Source: a virus | Taxonomy: Duplodnaviria > Caudoviricetes | Length of the DNA: 54,654 bases | Direction: 5' to 3' (one strand) | Virus record (IMG/VR): IMGVR_UViG_3300007541_000026 | Location: 1-54,654 of that record | Shown here: positions 9,273-18,676 of the stretch, piece after piece | Position numbering within the stretch: the stretch's first letter is position 1 | How the letters are laid out: the number at the start of each line of letters is the position of its first letter | Program-made: the position numbers and the translations under genes | The notes under the pieces: model-generated | The model's database searches: none | The model's input: only the letters and a program-made list of their open reading frames with translations | What the model was told of the DNA's origin: nothing

Positions 9273-9306
9273 GGCCGGTGAGCCTAAATCACCGGCCCCT
9301 TTTTTC
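9273..9306 (+). terminator. Intrinsic terminator
   Basis: GGCCGGTGA-GCCTAAA-TCACCGGCC followed by CCTTTTTT. Confidence 0.75.
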
Positions 9307-9325
9307 CCGTACACAGGAGTGTCCC

Positions 9326-10336
9326 ATGATTGAACGAGCTGAGGAACTCCTCGAACGGTATGTTTCTAACCACCAAGTCGACGGCGTGGCCTACACGAGG
9401 CACTCTCACGGGCTGTACTGGACTGACGACGACAATGCGCTGTACACGGGCCTGATGCTCGGGGCGATGGCGTACCGCTGGGCGGCTGATCCGTCTGACG
9501 ACAAGCTGGACGCGATCCGCATGTCCCTGCGGGGAACGGATCTGCTGCTCCGGGCGACCGGCGACCCCGGCGTCCTGGTTCGCCGTGCGATGCACCGGGA
9601 CCAGATCAAGGAGTTCGGCGGCGCGGCGTACCTCGACCAGAAGCCCTGCGAGCTGATCGGCGACTACTGGGTCCAACTGAAGACGACCCGCGATCAGGTC
9701 ACGGGCGTCATGTTCGGGCTGGCCTGCTGCATCGCCTTGGTGCGCGGCGCGGACCCGATGATCGACGAGGTCGTAGACCGACAGGTGATGACCCTCTACA
9801 CGGCCCTGAAGCGCCGCCAATGGTCTCTCCGGGACCACAACTACGAGACTCACGGGACGAGCGCGCACAAGCTGGACGCGGGCCTGCGGCTCCTCATAAG
9901 GGTCATGGCGAAGGCCGTCGGCGCGGAGGGCGAGGTCGAGACCGAGAGCTGGTTCGACTGGCAATGGATCACGACGGCCCACTACAATGTGAGCTTCCAA
10001 GCCGCGTATAGCCACGGCCTGAACGCGATCAACGCCCACGCCCTCTGGCTACTCCGGCCGTGGAACCCTCAGTACCGTCAGACGAAGCGGTGGATGAGCC
10101 GGATCGAGTCCGTCGTCCGCGACGAGTTCAACCCGTTCTGGCAGATGCTGCTTGACTTCCGCCTGAGCCCCGAGGGGGACATCCGGCTGATGGAGGCGGG
10201 TGAGGATACCTACAGCCGGTTCTTCAGGTGGAACCGCTACAGGAAGGAACTGACGATGCGGCAGGACACGGAAGGTCCGGGCATCGACTACATGATCGTG
10301 GCCTACATGGCTGCATATTGGGACGGAAGGAACTGA
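9326..10336 (+). CDS. Helical protein, possible (alpha/alpha)-barrel enzyme
   Basis: AGGAG SD. Motifs DDNALYTG...YRWA, TGDPG..VRR and TTRDQVTGVMFGL resemble an uncharacterised bacterial family I recall as six-hairpin-glycosidase-like. Confidence 0.5.
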   Translation: MIERAEELLERYVSNHQVDGVAYTRHSHGLYWTDDDNALYTGLMLGAMAYRWAADPSDDKLDAIRMSLRGTDLLLRATGDPGVLVRRAMHRDQIKEFGGAAYLDQKPCELIGDYWVQLKTTRDQVTGVMFGLACCIALVRGADPMIDEVVDRQVMTLYTALKRRQWSLRDHNYETHGTSAHKLDAGLRLLIRVMAKAVGAEGEVETESWFDWQWITTAHYNVSFQAAYSHGLNAINAHALWLLRPWNPQYRQTKRWMSRIESVVRDEFNPFWQMLLDFRLSPEGDIRLMEAGEDTYSRFFRWNRYRKELTMRQDTEGPGIDYMIVAYMAAYWDGRN

Positions 10337-10337
10337 C

Positions 10338-10889
10338 ATGCCCACATCATCCGATATGGTCGTCGAGAACGGCACGGGCCGACTCGACGCGAACAGCTAC
10401 GTCTCGATCATCGAGGCAGACACGTACCACAGCCTGCGCGGGAACACGATCTGGGCCTCGGCCACCGAGTCCGACAAGGTCGTCGCTCTGGTTCGCGCTA
10501 CGGACTACGTGGACGCCCGATGGAAGTTCACGGGCGAGCCGGTCAAGTCGACTCAGGCGCTCACGTTCCCTCGCAAGAGTGAGTACCTGAACAAGAATGG
10601 CGACGACGTCTCCGCATCTGTTCCGGTCGAGATCGCGAGTGCGACCATGGAATACGCCCTGCTCGTCCTCGGCGACGGCACGGCCCTCATCGAGCTTTCT
10701 CCGGCAGCGGAGGACGCGACCCAGAGCCGGGTCATCATGCAGCGGGACAAGGTCGGATCTCTGGAGACCGAGACTCGCTGGGACTCGGGTTTGTCGGCTA
10801 GGGTCACGGTATCCTACCCCGCTGCGGATCGAATCATCAAGTCCTCCGGCTTTCTCGCCTACGGCGGCAATGGAGGCACGATGCGATGA
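10338..10889 (+). CDS. Head-tail adaptor (family often mislabelled DnaT-like)
   Basis: VVENGTG...ANSYVS..EADTYH..RG...W and AL.RATDY.D, QAL.FPR signature; position in neck module. Confidence 0.85.
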   Translation: MPTSSDMVVENGTGRLDANSYVSIIEADTYHSLRGNTIWASATESDKVVALVRATDYVDARWKFTGEPVKSTQALTFPRKSEYLNKNGDDVSASVPVEIASATMEYALLVLGDGTALIELSPAAEDATQSRVIMQRDKVGSLETETRWDSGLSARVTVSYPAADRIIKSSGFLAYGGNGGTMR

Positions 10890-11290
10890 GTGACATCTAC
10901 ACTCGGCTGGGCGACACCGCACAGAAGCTGGTGTTGAGCTACGGCCGACCCATTCAACTCTCCCAGAGTGAACTCACTCTGGCAGATCCCGCGAAGCCTT
11001 GGGGCTCCGCTGGAGACACGACCACCGAAACAACCTACTCGACCTACGGAGCGTTCGTGCAGGAAGACGCTGGGGACCTGACAGCCCGCCTGTCTGCCGT
11101 TTCGCGGCTCGTCCTCTCCCCCGTGGAGACGAACGACGCGCAGGTCATTATCGCGGCCAAGGGCCTTGGCGTGGAACCTACGATCGCGATGAAGTTGGTG
11201 GATGGTGATCGCACCTTGGAGATCAAGAAGGTCGTCACGGTGAAACCAGGTCCGACTGCTGTCATGTACATCCTAACGGTGGAGAACTAA
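10886..11290 (+). CDS. Head-closure/stopper protein
   Basis: ATGA overlap with adaptor; C-terminal V..VKPG...VMY.L motif; synteny. Confidence 0.7.
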   Translation: MSDIYTRLGDTAQKLVLSYGRPIQLSQSELTLADPAKPWGSAGDTTTETTYSTYGAFVQEDAGDLTARLSAVSRLVLSPVETNDAQVIIAAKGLGVEPTIAMKLVDGDRTLEIKKVVTVKPGPTAVMYILTVEN

Positions 11291-11292
11291 TC

Positions 11293-11706
11293 ATGGCGTC
11301 GAACCAAATCGAAGCGCAGGATGCCCTGCTGACGCAGATCACGAATGTGTGGAGTGCGAACGCGAACGGGGCTCCCCTGTACTACGACAATCAGGACGTG
11401 GATCGTCCCGAACGTCCCTCGATGTTCGGACGGGCCATTGTCAGGCACGCGACCGCAACCCGGACCACAGTCGGGAACAATCGTTTCCGAAGGTTCGGGA
11501 CGGTCTACGTCCAGCTCTTCGTGCCTCAAGGTACCGGGACAACGATCATCCGGGAGTTGAGCGATGCCATCGCGCACAGCCTGGAAGAGTCCCCCTCATC
11601 GCTCGGCATACGGATCGGCGATGTTGACATCAACGAACTAGGCTCAGACGGAACGTACTTTCAGATCAACGTCTCTGCCGACTTTAACTACGACCGAGTG
11701 GCGTAG
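11293..11706 (+). CDS. Tail terminator protein (DUF4128-like)
   Basis: G.VYVQLF.P.G.G motif and C-terminal FQINVS.DF.YD; immediately before tail tube. Confidence 0.75.
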   Translation: MASNQIEAQDALLTQITNVWSANANGAPLYYDNQDVDRPERPSMFGRAIVRHATATRTTVGNNRFRRFGTVYVQLFVPQGTGTTIIRELSDAIAHSLEESPSSLGIRIGDVDINELGSDGTYFQINVSADFNYDRVA

Positions 11707-11717
11707 GAAGGAATCAA

Positions 11718-12860
11718 ATGTCTGATACAAATCGAGTAGCCCTGCGAGCCGCACAAGAGACGGTCCTGGGCACCCTGGAAGTCGGGGCATACACCGACAT
11801 CCCGTTCACGGGCTCCAGTGATCTCGGCGCGACGCCGGAGACGGTGACTTCCGAGGTCATCCGCTCGGATCGCCAAGTCACGGACCTCGTCAAGGTGAAT
11901 GAATCCGTCGGCGGTGGGTTCGATTCCGAACTCATCCCCACCGCGTTCGACCTCTTCCTGCCGGGCATCATGCAGTCTGCGGCAGCGACGTCCAGCGGCG
12001 CGACGCTCGACGCGGATGCGAATGTGTCCGGGTCTGCTGTCACGGGCGGCGCGGGCGACTTCGCGACCATCGTGGGTGGCGACTTCGTGCGGCTCACGGG
12101 CATCGTGTCTGGCGTAATTAACAGGTCAGTGTTCCGCGTCTTCTCGAAGGCCGGGGACACCCTGACCCTCGAAGGCAACGTACCGACTTACACGGGGCCC
12201 GTGGCGGTCGAGTCCGGTGATAAGTGGGAGAACGGCACGACGCCGACCTCCTTCTCGTTCGAGCGCCAGTTCCTGGATCACGCGACGGTGACCTCTGAGT
12301 ACATGAACGGCTGTCAGATCGACACGTTCAGCGTCTCGGCGTCGTCGAGCGCGATCGTGACCTGCTCGTTCGGCATCCTCGGCATGGGCCACACCGTGCA
12401 GGACGGCCGCCTCGGTGGCCTCTCGACGACGGCTGCGCCCGACGACGGCCCGTTCAACTCCAGCTCCAACGTCGCGACGCTCGGTGTCGGCGGCAGCGAG
12501 CTGACGGTTGTGACCGACCTCAGCCTTGAGATTGCGAACAACCTCCGCGAGCGCAACGCTCTCGGCACGGTGGGTGCGATCTCGATCGGCTCCGGCGAGT
12601 TCAACGTGACCGGATCGCTCAGCGTCTACTTCGAGGACAAGACTCTCCTCGACCAGTTGCTGAACAACACGGCCACCCGCCTGTCCTTCGGCTTCACGGC
12701 CGCGGACGGCAAGTCCATCGTGTTCGACCTCCCCTCGATTAAGTTCAGCGAGGGCGTGCCGGACATCTCGGGCAAGAACTCCGACGTCATGCTGGCCCTC
12801 TCGTTCCAGGCTTTCCGGGACGTGACGGTTGGTAAGACGATGCGGATCTTTGTGTTCTGA
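11718..12860 (+). CDS. Major tail tube protein (Phage_tube_2-like), copy 1
   Basis: SEVIRSDRQV, SF..ERQF.D, G....TGSLSVYFED and FDLP.IKF motifs. Codon bias like MCP; followed by a terminator. Confidence 0.9.
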   Translation: MSDTNRVALRAAQETVLGTLEVGAYTDIPFTGSSDLGATPETVTSEVIRSDRQVTDLVKVNESVGGGFDSELIPTAFDLFLPGIMQSAAATSSGATLDADANVSGSAVTGGAGDFATIVGGDFVRLTGIVSGVINRSVFRVFSKAGDTLTLEGNVPTYTGPVAVESGDKWENGTTPTSFSFERQFLDHATVTSEYMNGCQIDTFSVSASSSAIVTCSFGILGMGHTVQDGRLGGLSTTAAPDDGPFNSSSNVATLGVGGSELTVVTDLSLEIANNLRERNALGTVGAISIGSGEFNVTGSLSVYFEDKTLLDQLLNNTATRLSFGFTAADGKSIVFDLPSIKFSEGVPDISGKNSDVMLALSFQAFRDVTVGKTMRIFVF

Positions 12861-12867
12861 TCCTTTT

Positions 12868-12900
12868 AGGGCGGCGGGGTTCGAACCCCGCCGCCCTTTT
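12868..12900 (+). terminator. Intrinsic terminator between the two tail tube genes
   Basis: AGGGCGGCGGGGT-TCGA-ACCCCGCCGCCCT followed by TTT. Confidence 0.85.
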
Positions 12901-12911
12901 CGGAGACACTC

Positions 12912-14117
12912 ATGTCAGATACAAACAGAACAAGAATCTTTTTTTCGGGCGTGATTTCCAATATCAGCCCGTTCGCTTTTGACGCCAAACTCATCAACTC
13001 CAGCGACCTCTCAGAGAAGCCGGAGTTCGTCACCTCCGAGGTGATTCGATCTGACCGCCAAGTCTCCGACCTCGTCCTCGTAGACAAGTCCATAGGGGGC
13101 TCGATAGAGGTCGAGGCGTCCTACAACCGCGACAATAACCTACTCGGGCGGCTCGCGCTCATGCCCAGCGGCGTACCGATCGGATCGTATGCCTCTCGCG
13201 CAGAGGGTAGCCTGTCCGTGTCAGGTACGAACTGGACCAAGTCCGGGGCCACTCTGACCGCGGATGGCGCGGGTGCTACGAACTCTTCCCTCTTCGGCGC
13301 CGGGGACTGGATCCATATCCCGACCGGAAATGTGGCCCCCTGGGAGCACGGATTCTACAAGATCATCGACGATGCCGGGGCGCCTTTCAGCTACGTGCTA
13401 CACCGGGACATCGATGAGGACGTCACGGTCTTGAGTGGTGAGGTGATCCACTACGCGGGAATCCGCGACAACGGGCAGACCCACTACCCGTTCAAGGTTG
13501 AAAAGCAGTACCTGGACATCGGCGTCTATGAGTACATGACTGGCGTCGAGATCGACTCGATGAGCGTCTCGATCAGCAGCGGGGCGATCGGCACGGTCTC
13601 CTATGATTTCATCGGGGAGACATATCAGGTGTCCAACGCCTCGCAGACCTTCCCGGTGTTAGGGGAGACGATTGTCTATGGCCCCTCGACGGGAGCCAGC
13701 GACTCGATCCTACTCCTCAACGACCAACCCTTGGACATGGTCACGGACGCATCCTTCACCCTCTCGAACAATCTGCGAGAGCTGAAGCGGGTCGGCAAGC
13801 TCGGCACGGAATCCATCGGAGCGGGCGAGTGCTCGGTGACCGGCTCGATCTCGATGTACTTCGAGGACAAGACGCAGGTCCAGAGACTACTGGACAACGA
13901 GCAGTTCTCGTTGTCCTTCGGGTACACGAGCTACGGCGTCGGCGGAAGCAACACTGGCGAGAACGCCATCATCTATGACTTCCCGGTGGTGAAGTTCTCC
14001 TCTGGCACGCCCGACATCTCAGGCAAGAACTCCGACGTCATGGTGACGCTGGAGTGGACAGCTTTCCGTCACCCGACGGCAGGCTACACGGTGCGAATGA
14101 GCACCTTGTCCGCGTAG
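12912..14117 (+). CDS. Second tail tube paralog (minor tube protein)
   Basis: Shares MSDTNR, VTSEVIRSDRQV.DLV, VTGS.S.YFEDKT and PDISGKNSDVM with 11718-12860. Confidence 0.85.
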   Translation: MSDTNRTRIFFSGVISNISPFAFDAKLINSSDLSEKPEFVTSEVIRSDRQVSDLVLVDKSIGGSIEVEASYNRDNNLLGRLALMPSGVPIGSYASRAEGSLSVSGTNWTKSGATLTADGAGATNSSLFGAGDWIHIPTGNVAPWEHGFYKIIDDAGAPFSYVLHRDIDEDVTVLSGEVIHYAGIRDNGQTHYPFKVEKQYLDIGVYEYMTGVEIDSMSVSISSGAIGTVSYDFIGETYQVSNASQTFPVLGETIVYGPSTGASDSILLLNDQPLDMVTDASFTLSNNLRELKRVGKLGTESIGAGECSVTGSISMYFEDKTQVQRLLDNEQFSLSFGYTSYGVGGSNTGENAIIYDFPVVKFSSGTPDISGKNSDVMVTLEWTAFRHPTAGYTVRMSTLSA

Positions 14118-14154
14118 TCGGACACAAAAACCCCCAACGGACAAGGAGTCCACA

Positions 14155-14565
14155 ATGAGCATTTATGACCTTTTTGAAGAGAACGTGGACGAGGCCGACG
14201 GCTTCATCCTCGAAGTGCAGGACGGAGACACCTCCGTTGAGTTCAAGCTGGCCCGGGCGGGCTCGCAGAACAAGAAGTACGTGACGCGCCTTCAGGCGCT
14301 CATGAAGCCCTACAAGTACCAGATCGACCGCGGCACGATGAAGGAAGACGTGGCCGAGGCGATCATGGCTCAGGTGATCGCCGAGACGATCATCCTCGGC
14401 TGGAATGGCGTCACGGATCGGGACGGTGAGGAGATGGAGTACACGCCCGAGCTGGCGAAGCAGCTCCTGCTGGACCTCCCGGCCCTGCGGAATCTCATCA
14501 TGGAGGAGTCGCAGAACGTCGCTAACTTCCTGCGCGAGAAGCGGGAGGAGCGCGAGGGAAACTAG
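14155..14565 (+). CDS. Tail assembly chaperone (G-like)
   Basis: AAGGAG SD; ARAG..N..Y and I.GW.GV.D.DG....YT.E motifs; ends in slippery G GGA AAC TAG. Confidence 0.85.
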   Translation: MSIYDLFEENVDEADGFILEVQDGDTSVEFKLARAGSQNKKYVTRLQALMKPYKYQIDRGTMKEDVAEAIMAQVIAETIILGWNGVTDRDGEEMEYTPELAKQLLLDLPALRNLIMEESQNVANFLREKREEREGN

Positions 14566-14927
14566 CAGAGTACCTGCGCTGGTCTCTCGTCTATGGCGAG
14601 AAGGCGGCTGCGGTCATCGAGGCGGCTACGGAAGCCGGAAGGCTCCCGCCCGCCTCGATGATCCCGCCGGACCTAGACGACGACGAAGCGGGGTACGTGC
14701 AGGCGTTCTGGGATTTGTGTCGGGATCGGATCTACACCGCTGGAGGAGCGGCTGCGATCCCGTGGACAGCATGTCACACATACGCTCTACATCTGGGCCT
14801 GGGTCGCTACGAGGACCTATACGACGACTTCATGCACGCCATGCGGGTCATGGATTCAGTGTACCTCAAGGAGGTCGCTGAGGAGGCCGAGAGGCAGAAG
14901 CGGGCAGCCGAGAGGAAACGGAGATAG
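14556..14927 (+). CDS. -1 frameshift extension of tail chaperone (GT-like product, 14155-14927)
   Basis: X XXY YYZ heptamer GGGAAAC at 14556-14562. The -1 frame (KLAEYLRW...) is open and continuous with ORF 14658-14927 (AFWDL...R..IPW). Confidence 0.85.
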   Translation, partial: GKLAEYLRWSLVYGEKAAAVIEAATEAGRLPPASMIPPDLDDDEAGYVQAFWDLCRDRIYTAGGAAAIPWTACHTYALHLGLGRYEDLYDDFMHAMRVMDSVYLKEVAEEAERQKRAAERKRR

Positions 14928-14938
14928 GGGGCAGGGGG

Positions 14939-15382
14939 ATGATTAAGACCAACATATCCTCCGTGATACGAGACATCACGGCGGACGTTGAAGAGAAACT
15001 GTCGAAGGACTCGGTCAAACGGGTCTCCGGGGCTATCGTCACAGAGTTGATGAGCAACCCCCCGGAGGGCACGCCACGCGACACGCTGCGTGCGACCAAC
15101 GGCTGGAACATCGCAGATGGCACCAGCCCTGACTTCTCCGAAGGGGGCCCCGGCACCTATGACGAGCCGGACCCGGAGGGGGAGATCGCGAAGCTGCCGG
15201 AGGACACGGAGCGCGCAACGATCGCGAACGGTGTCCACTACATCGGAAAACTGGAGTTCGGCTCGTCCAAACAGGCCCCGACCAACTACGTCCGCAAGGC
15301 GATCATCGTCGCACTGAAGTCCGTGGACGTCGGCTCGCGTGGCAAGGCTGGGTATGGCGGAAGCAGAATGGAGAGGAGGTAG
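14939..15382 (+). CDS. HK97 gp10-like tail completion/neck protein
   Basis: TP.DT.RA.NGW, IANGVHYI..LEFGSSKQAP motif. Confidence 0.8.
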   Translation: MIKTNISSVIRDITADVEEKLSKDSVKRVSGAIVTELMSNPPEGTPRDTLRATNGWNIADGTSPDFSEGGPGTYDEPDPEGEIAKLPEDTERATIANGVHYIGKLEFGSSKQAPTNYVRKAIIVALKSVDVGSRGKAGYGGSRMERR

Positions 15383-15385
15383 CCC

Positions 15386-18300
15386 ATGGCAACGAATACA
15401 CACAAGGTCGTCATCTCCGTCTCCTCGATGGGTGCCGACAAGGTAACCAAGCAGATCAAGGGCCTCAAGATCGCGATGGCCGCCCTCGCTGCCACCGCCG
15501 CGGCGGTTGGCAAGGCGCTCGTCAACGCGACGGACGACATGACGAACCTCTCGAACAAGGCCAAGGTCTTCGCTCGGGACAACGCCGAAGCAGCGAACCG
15601 TATGCAGACGGTGGTCGCGGTTGCTCGGAAGATGCACATGCCCCTAGATGGCGTGGGCGACACCATGCAGCGGATCTCCATGTCGGCCGATCAGGTCGGC
15701 CTGAGTGGAGAGGGCGTCACGAAGATGGTGACGAACCTCGCGATGGCGGTCAAGCTGTCCGGTGCGACCTCGCAGGAAGCCACGGGCGCCCTGCGGCAGT
15801 TCGGTCAGGCCCTCGCGGCGAACCGACTGTCTGGTCAGGAATTGAACTCGATTCTGGAGCAGACCCCCATGATCGCCCGCGTGATCGCGGACTCAATGGG
15901 AGTGGCTGTCGGCGAGTTGCGCGCCCTCGGCAAAGAGGGCAAGATCACCGCAGAGGTGATGACCGACGCGCTGGGCGGGACGGTCGAAGATCTGGAGGAG
16001 AAGTTCAAGAAGTTCGAGTTCCCGATCTCAGATCAACTCGTCAGCATCCGGCGGGAAATGACGTTCCTCATGGACAGTATCTCCCGGTTCTCTGGGTTCG
16101 CTGATATGTCGAAGGGAGCGATCGGCGGGATGGTCGACTACCTGAACGACCTGAACCACGCGTTCGCCACGGGCGGCGAGATGGCCCAGAAGTTCATGAA
16201 GAACATCATGACCGCCTTCGATGTGTTCAAGGTGGCGGCAACCATAACCGTCGCTGGTCTGACAGCGATGAAGATTCAGGCGTTCCTCGCTGGCGAGGCG
16301 TTCTTGAGGTTCGCCAAGGCTGTTCGGACGTTCGGGCTTGCCACGGCCGTGCTGAGGCTCAACCCGGTGATCCTCGCGATGACGGCGCTGGGGGCGGTTG
16401 CCATGGCGCTCGTCCCGGCGCTGAACCGGGCCAGCGGCAAGTACGAGGATATGGTCGAGCCGATGTCCAAGCTGGAGCAGGCTCAGGCCGCTCTAGCCGC
16501 GCAGACCACAGGAGACGCGAAGGCGGTAAAGCGGTGGGCGGACACGTGGGGCGTCGCGGCCGAAGAGATCGAAGAGCACGCTCGGAAGTTGATGAATATC
16601 AGCATCGAAACGCAGGTCATGAAGGGCCAAGTGGGAGATGTGCAGTTCACCTACCAGCGCAAACTAGGGGAAAGCGCCGCAGAATCCTTCCGGCGAGGAT
16701 TCTCGGAGTCCATCGTGGCTCAGGATCTGATGGGTCAGATCGAGACGCTGACCAAGGGTCGCCTGCAATTCCTGGAGAACCTGCCGCAGAACGTCACTGG
16801 CGAGGCTATCCAGCAGGTTCTGGCGGTAATTGACCAGCAGATCTCGGCGGCGCAGCAGAAGCTCACTGGTATGCTCGACGCTGTGGAGCAGCGGGCCCAA
16901 GAACTGAACAAGGACGCAACGCCTCTGGCTGCGTTCAGCGATGCGGACATCAACAAACTGGCAGGGTTCTTGGAGGACTGGGACCCTGAGGAGAAGCTCA
17001 GGAAAGCCGAGAACGCGGCTGCGAACCTACAAGATCAGGTTGAAAAGCTGATCAGCAGCCAGACAAAACTGACCCGGGAACAGTCGATCAGCGCGCTCGG
17101 AGATCGCTACACACAGGCGATGCGGTCGATCAAGAACGCAGCCGGTGAGGCGTTCGAGACGATGCTGGATCTCGGCCAGATCGAACTCAAATATGACGAG
17201 CAGACTCAGGCCATCGAACTCCAAGGCGAGGGGTTGGCCCGGCTGAACGAGCTGCTGGCGAAGCACAACCTCACGGTCGACGAACTCGTCCAGTACCAAG
17301 AGGCCGCAACTGATGCGATCGACGATGCCGCAGAGGCTCAGAAGCGGCTCCAGTCAGCGGCTGACCGCACGGCGCGTGACATCCGCACGCTCAACAAGGA
17401 CCTCTCGACGGGGCTCGACCCCATGCGGGAGCTGGGTGAGCAGATCAAGAACCTTGAGACGCGGCTTCAGAACCTCGCGGACAAGGGGGTCGACGTCAGC
17501 GATCTGGTGGATCGCCTAGGGGAGTTTGAGCAATTCAGGGAGATGCAGATCCGCTTCGAGATCACAGGGTTGTCCGCAGCGTCTCAGTACGGTGCTGCTA
17601 TCCAAAAGATCAACGAGGAGATCGCGAAGTTGCAGGGGCTGTCCGGCACGGACGTCGGCCAGCAGATGGACCAACTCGGCCTCCAACGTGCCCAGATCAT
17701 GGGCAGCATGATGTCGGAGAACGCTCCGGGCTCCATGTTCGCAGAGGGCTTCGGTATCGAGTCGCAGTTCCAGCAGCAGCAGATGAATCTCGGACAGATG
17801 CGGGCCATCCCCGGCGTGGATCAAGAGACCATCGACCTGCTCATGGAGTACAACCAGCTTCAGCGCGACAACGAGATGGCCGAACTGGAGAACAAGACGG
17901 CCCTGTTCGAGATGAATCAGGGTCTGATGGACCAGACCTTGACCATGGGTGAACTCTCCGCAGGCGTCACGACCGCGATGGCGGAGGGGTTCGGGCAGGT
18001 TGCCAAGTCGGCCCTGGACCTGAGCAGCAATATCGCCAACTTCACCTCCACGGTGGTCGGCGGCTTGTCGAATGAGATCGCCACGCTCGCGACGACCGGC
18101 AAGGCCAACTTCAAGCAGCTCGGGGTTTCGTTCGTGCAGATGCTCGCGCAGATGATCATCAAGCTGACGCTCATGTTGGCGGTCATCACGGCCATCAGCA
18201 TGATCCCCGGCGGCTCGGCCGTGCTCCAGATGATGGGCATGGGAGCCGCCTCGGCTGGCGGAACAGCGGCGGCCGGAGTCGGTGCGGCTGGTGGCGGAGG

Positions 18301-18619
18301 AGCGACTCTCGCGAACCCGGACTTGTTCGCTGGAGCGTCGATCGCGGGTGTCCCGATGCGAGCAGCAGGCGGACCCGTCTACGGCGGCGAGCCCGTTTTG
18401 GTTGGGGAGCGTGGGCCGGAGCTTTTCGTGCCTCCGGTCAGCGGCTCGATCAGGAACAACTCGGCCACGATGGGGATGCAGCAGCAGGCCCCGCAGGTCA
18501 CGGTGGTCAACGTGGACTCCACGCAGAACACCTTGGACGCGCTCGGCTCGGAAGAGGGCGAGCAGATCATCATGAACGTCATTCATCGGAACCCGGAGGT
18601 CCTGCGGACCATCGGGTAA
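15386..18619 (+). CDS. Tape measure protein
   Basis: 1077 aa, helical. N-terminal GAL.QFGQALAAN.L.GQELNSILEQ.P domain; C-terminal RA.GGPV..G.P.LVGE.GPELFVP. Confidence 0.95.
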   Translation: MATNTHKVVISVSSMGADKVTKQIKGLKIAMAALAATAAAVGKALVNATDDMTNLSNKAKVFARDNAEAANRMQTVVAVARKMHMPLDGVGDTMQRISMSADQVGLSGEGVTKMVTNLAMAVKLSGATSQEATGALRQFGQALAANRLSGQELNSILEQTPMIARVIADSMGVAVGELRALGKEGKITAEVMTDALGGTVEDLEEKFKKFEFPISDQLVSIRREMTFLMDSISRFSGFADMSKGAIGGMVDYLNDLNHAFATGGEMAQKFMKNIMTAFDVFKVAATITVAGLTAMKIQAFLAGEAFLRFAKAVRTFGLATAVLRLNPVILAMTALGAVAMALVPALNRASGKYEDMVEPMSKLEQAQAALAAQTTGDAKAVKRWADTWGVAAEEIEEHARKLMNISIETQVMKGQVGDVQFTYQRKLGESAAESFRRGFSESIVAQDLMGQIETLTKGRLQFLENLPQNVTGEAIQQVLAVIDQQISAAQQKLTGMLDAVEQRAQELNKDATPLAAFSDADINKLAGFLEDWDPEEKLRKAENAAANLQDQVEKLISSQTKLTREQSISALGDRYTQAMRSIKNAAGEAFETMLDLGQIELKYDEQTQAIELQGEGLARLNELLAKHNLTVDELVQYQEAATDAIDDAAEAQKRLQSAADRTARDIRTLNKDLSTGLDPMRELGEQIKNLETRLQNLADKGVDVSDLVDRLGEFEQFREMQIRFEITGLSAASQYGAAIQKINEEIAKLQGLSGTDVGQQMDQLGLQRAQIMGSMMSENAPGSMFAEGFGIESQFQQQQMNLGQMRAIPGVDQETIDLLMEYNQLQRDNEMAELENKTALFEMNQGLMDQTLTMGELSAGVTTAMAEGFGQVAKSALDLSSNIANFTSTVVGGLSNEIATLATTGKANFKQLGVSFVQMLAQMIIKLTLMLAVITAISMIPGGSAVLQMMGMGAASAGGTAAAGVGAAGGGGATLANPDLFAGASIAGVPMRAAGGPVYGGEPVLVGERGPELFVPPVSGSIRNNSATMGMQQQAPQVTVVNVDSTQNTLDALGSEEGEQIIMNVIHRNPEVLRTIG

Positions 18620-18627
18620 CAACTCGC

Positions 18628-18655
18628 GCCCCGGTCCACTTCGGTGGGCCGGGGC
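18628..18655 (+). terminator. UUCG-loop hairpin after tape measure
   Basis: GCCCCGGTCCAC-TTCG-GTGGGCCGGGGC; weak U-tail. Confidence 0.6.
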
Positions 18656-18676
18656 CCTTACCCCCGGAGATCCCTA

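Noticed and set aside
12868-12900. GGTTCGAACCC looks like a tRNA T-arm
   Set aside because: It is the apex of a 13-bp terminator hairpin in a 51-nt gap; there are no D or anticodon arms.
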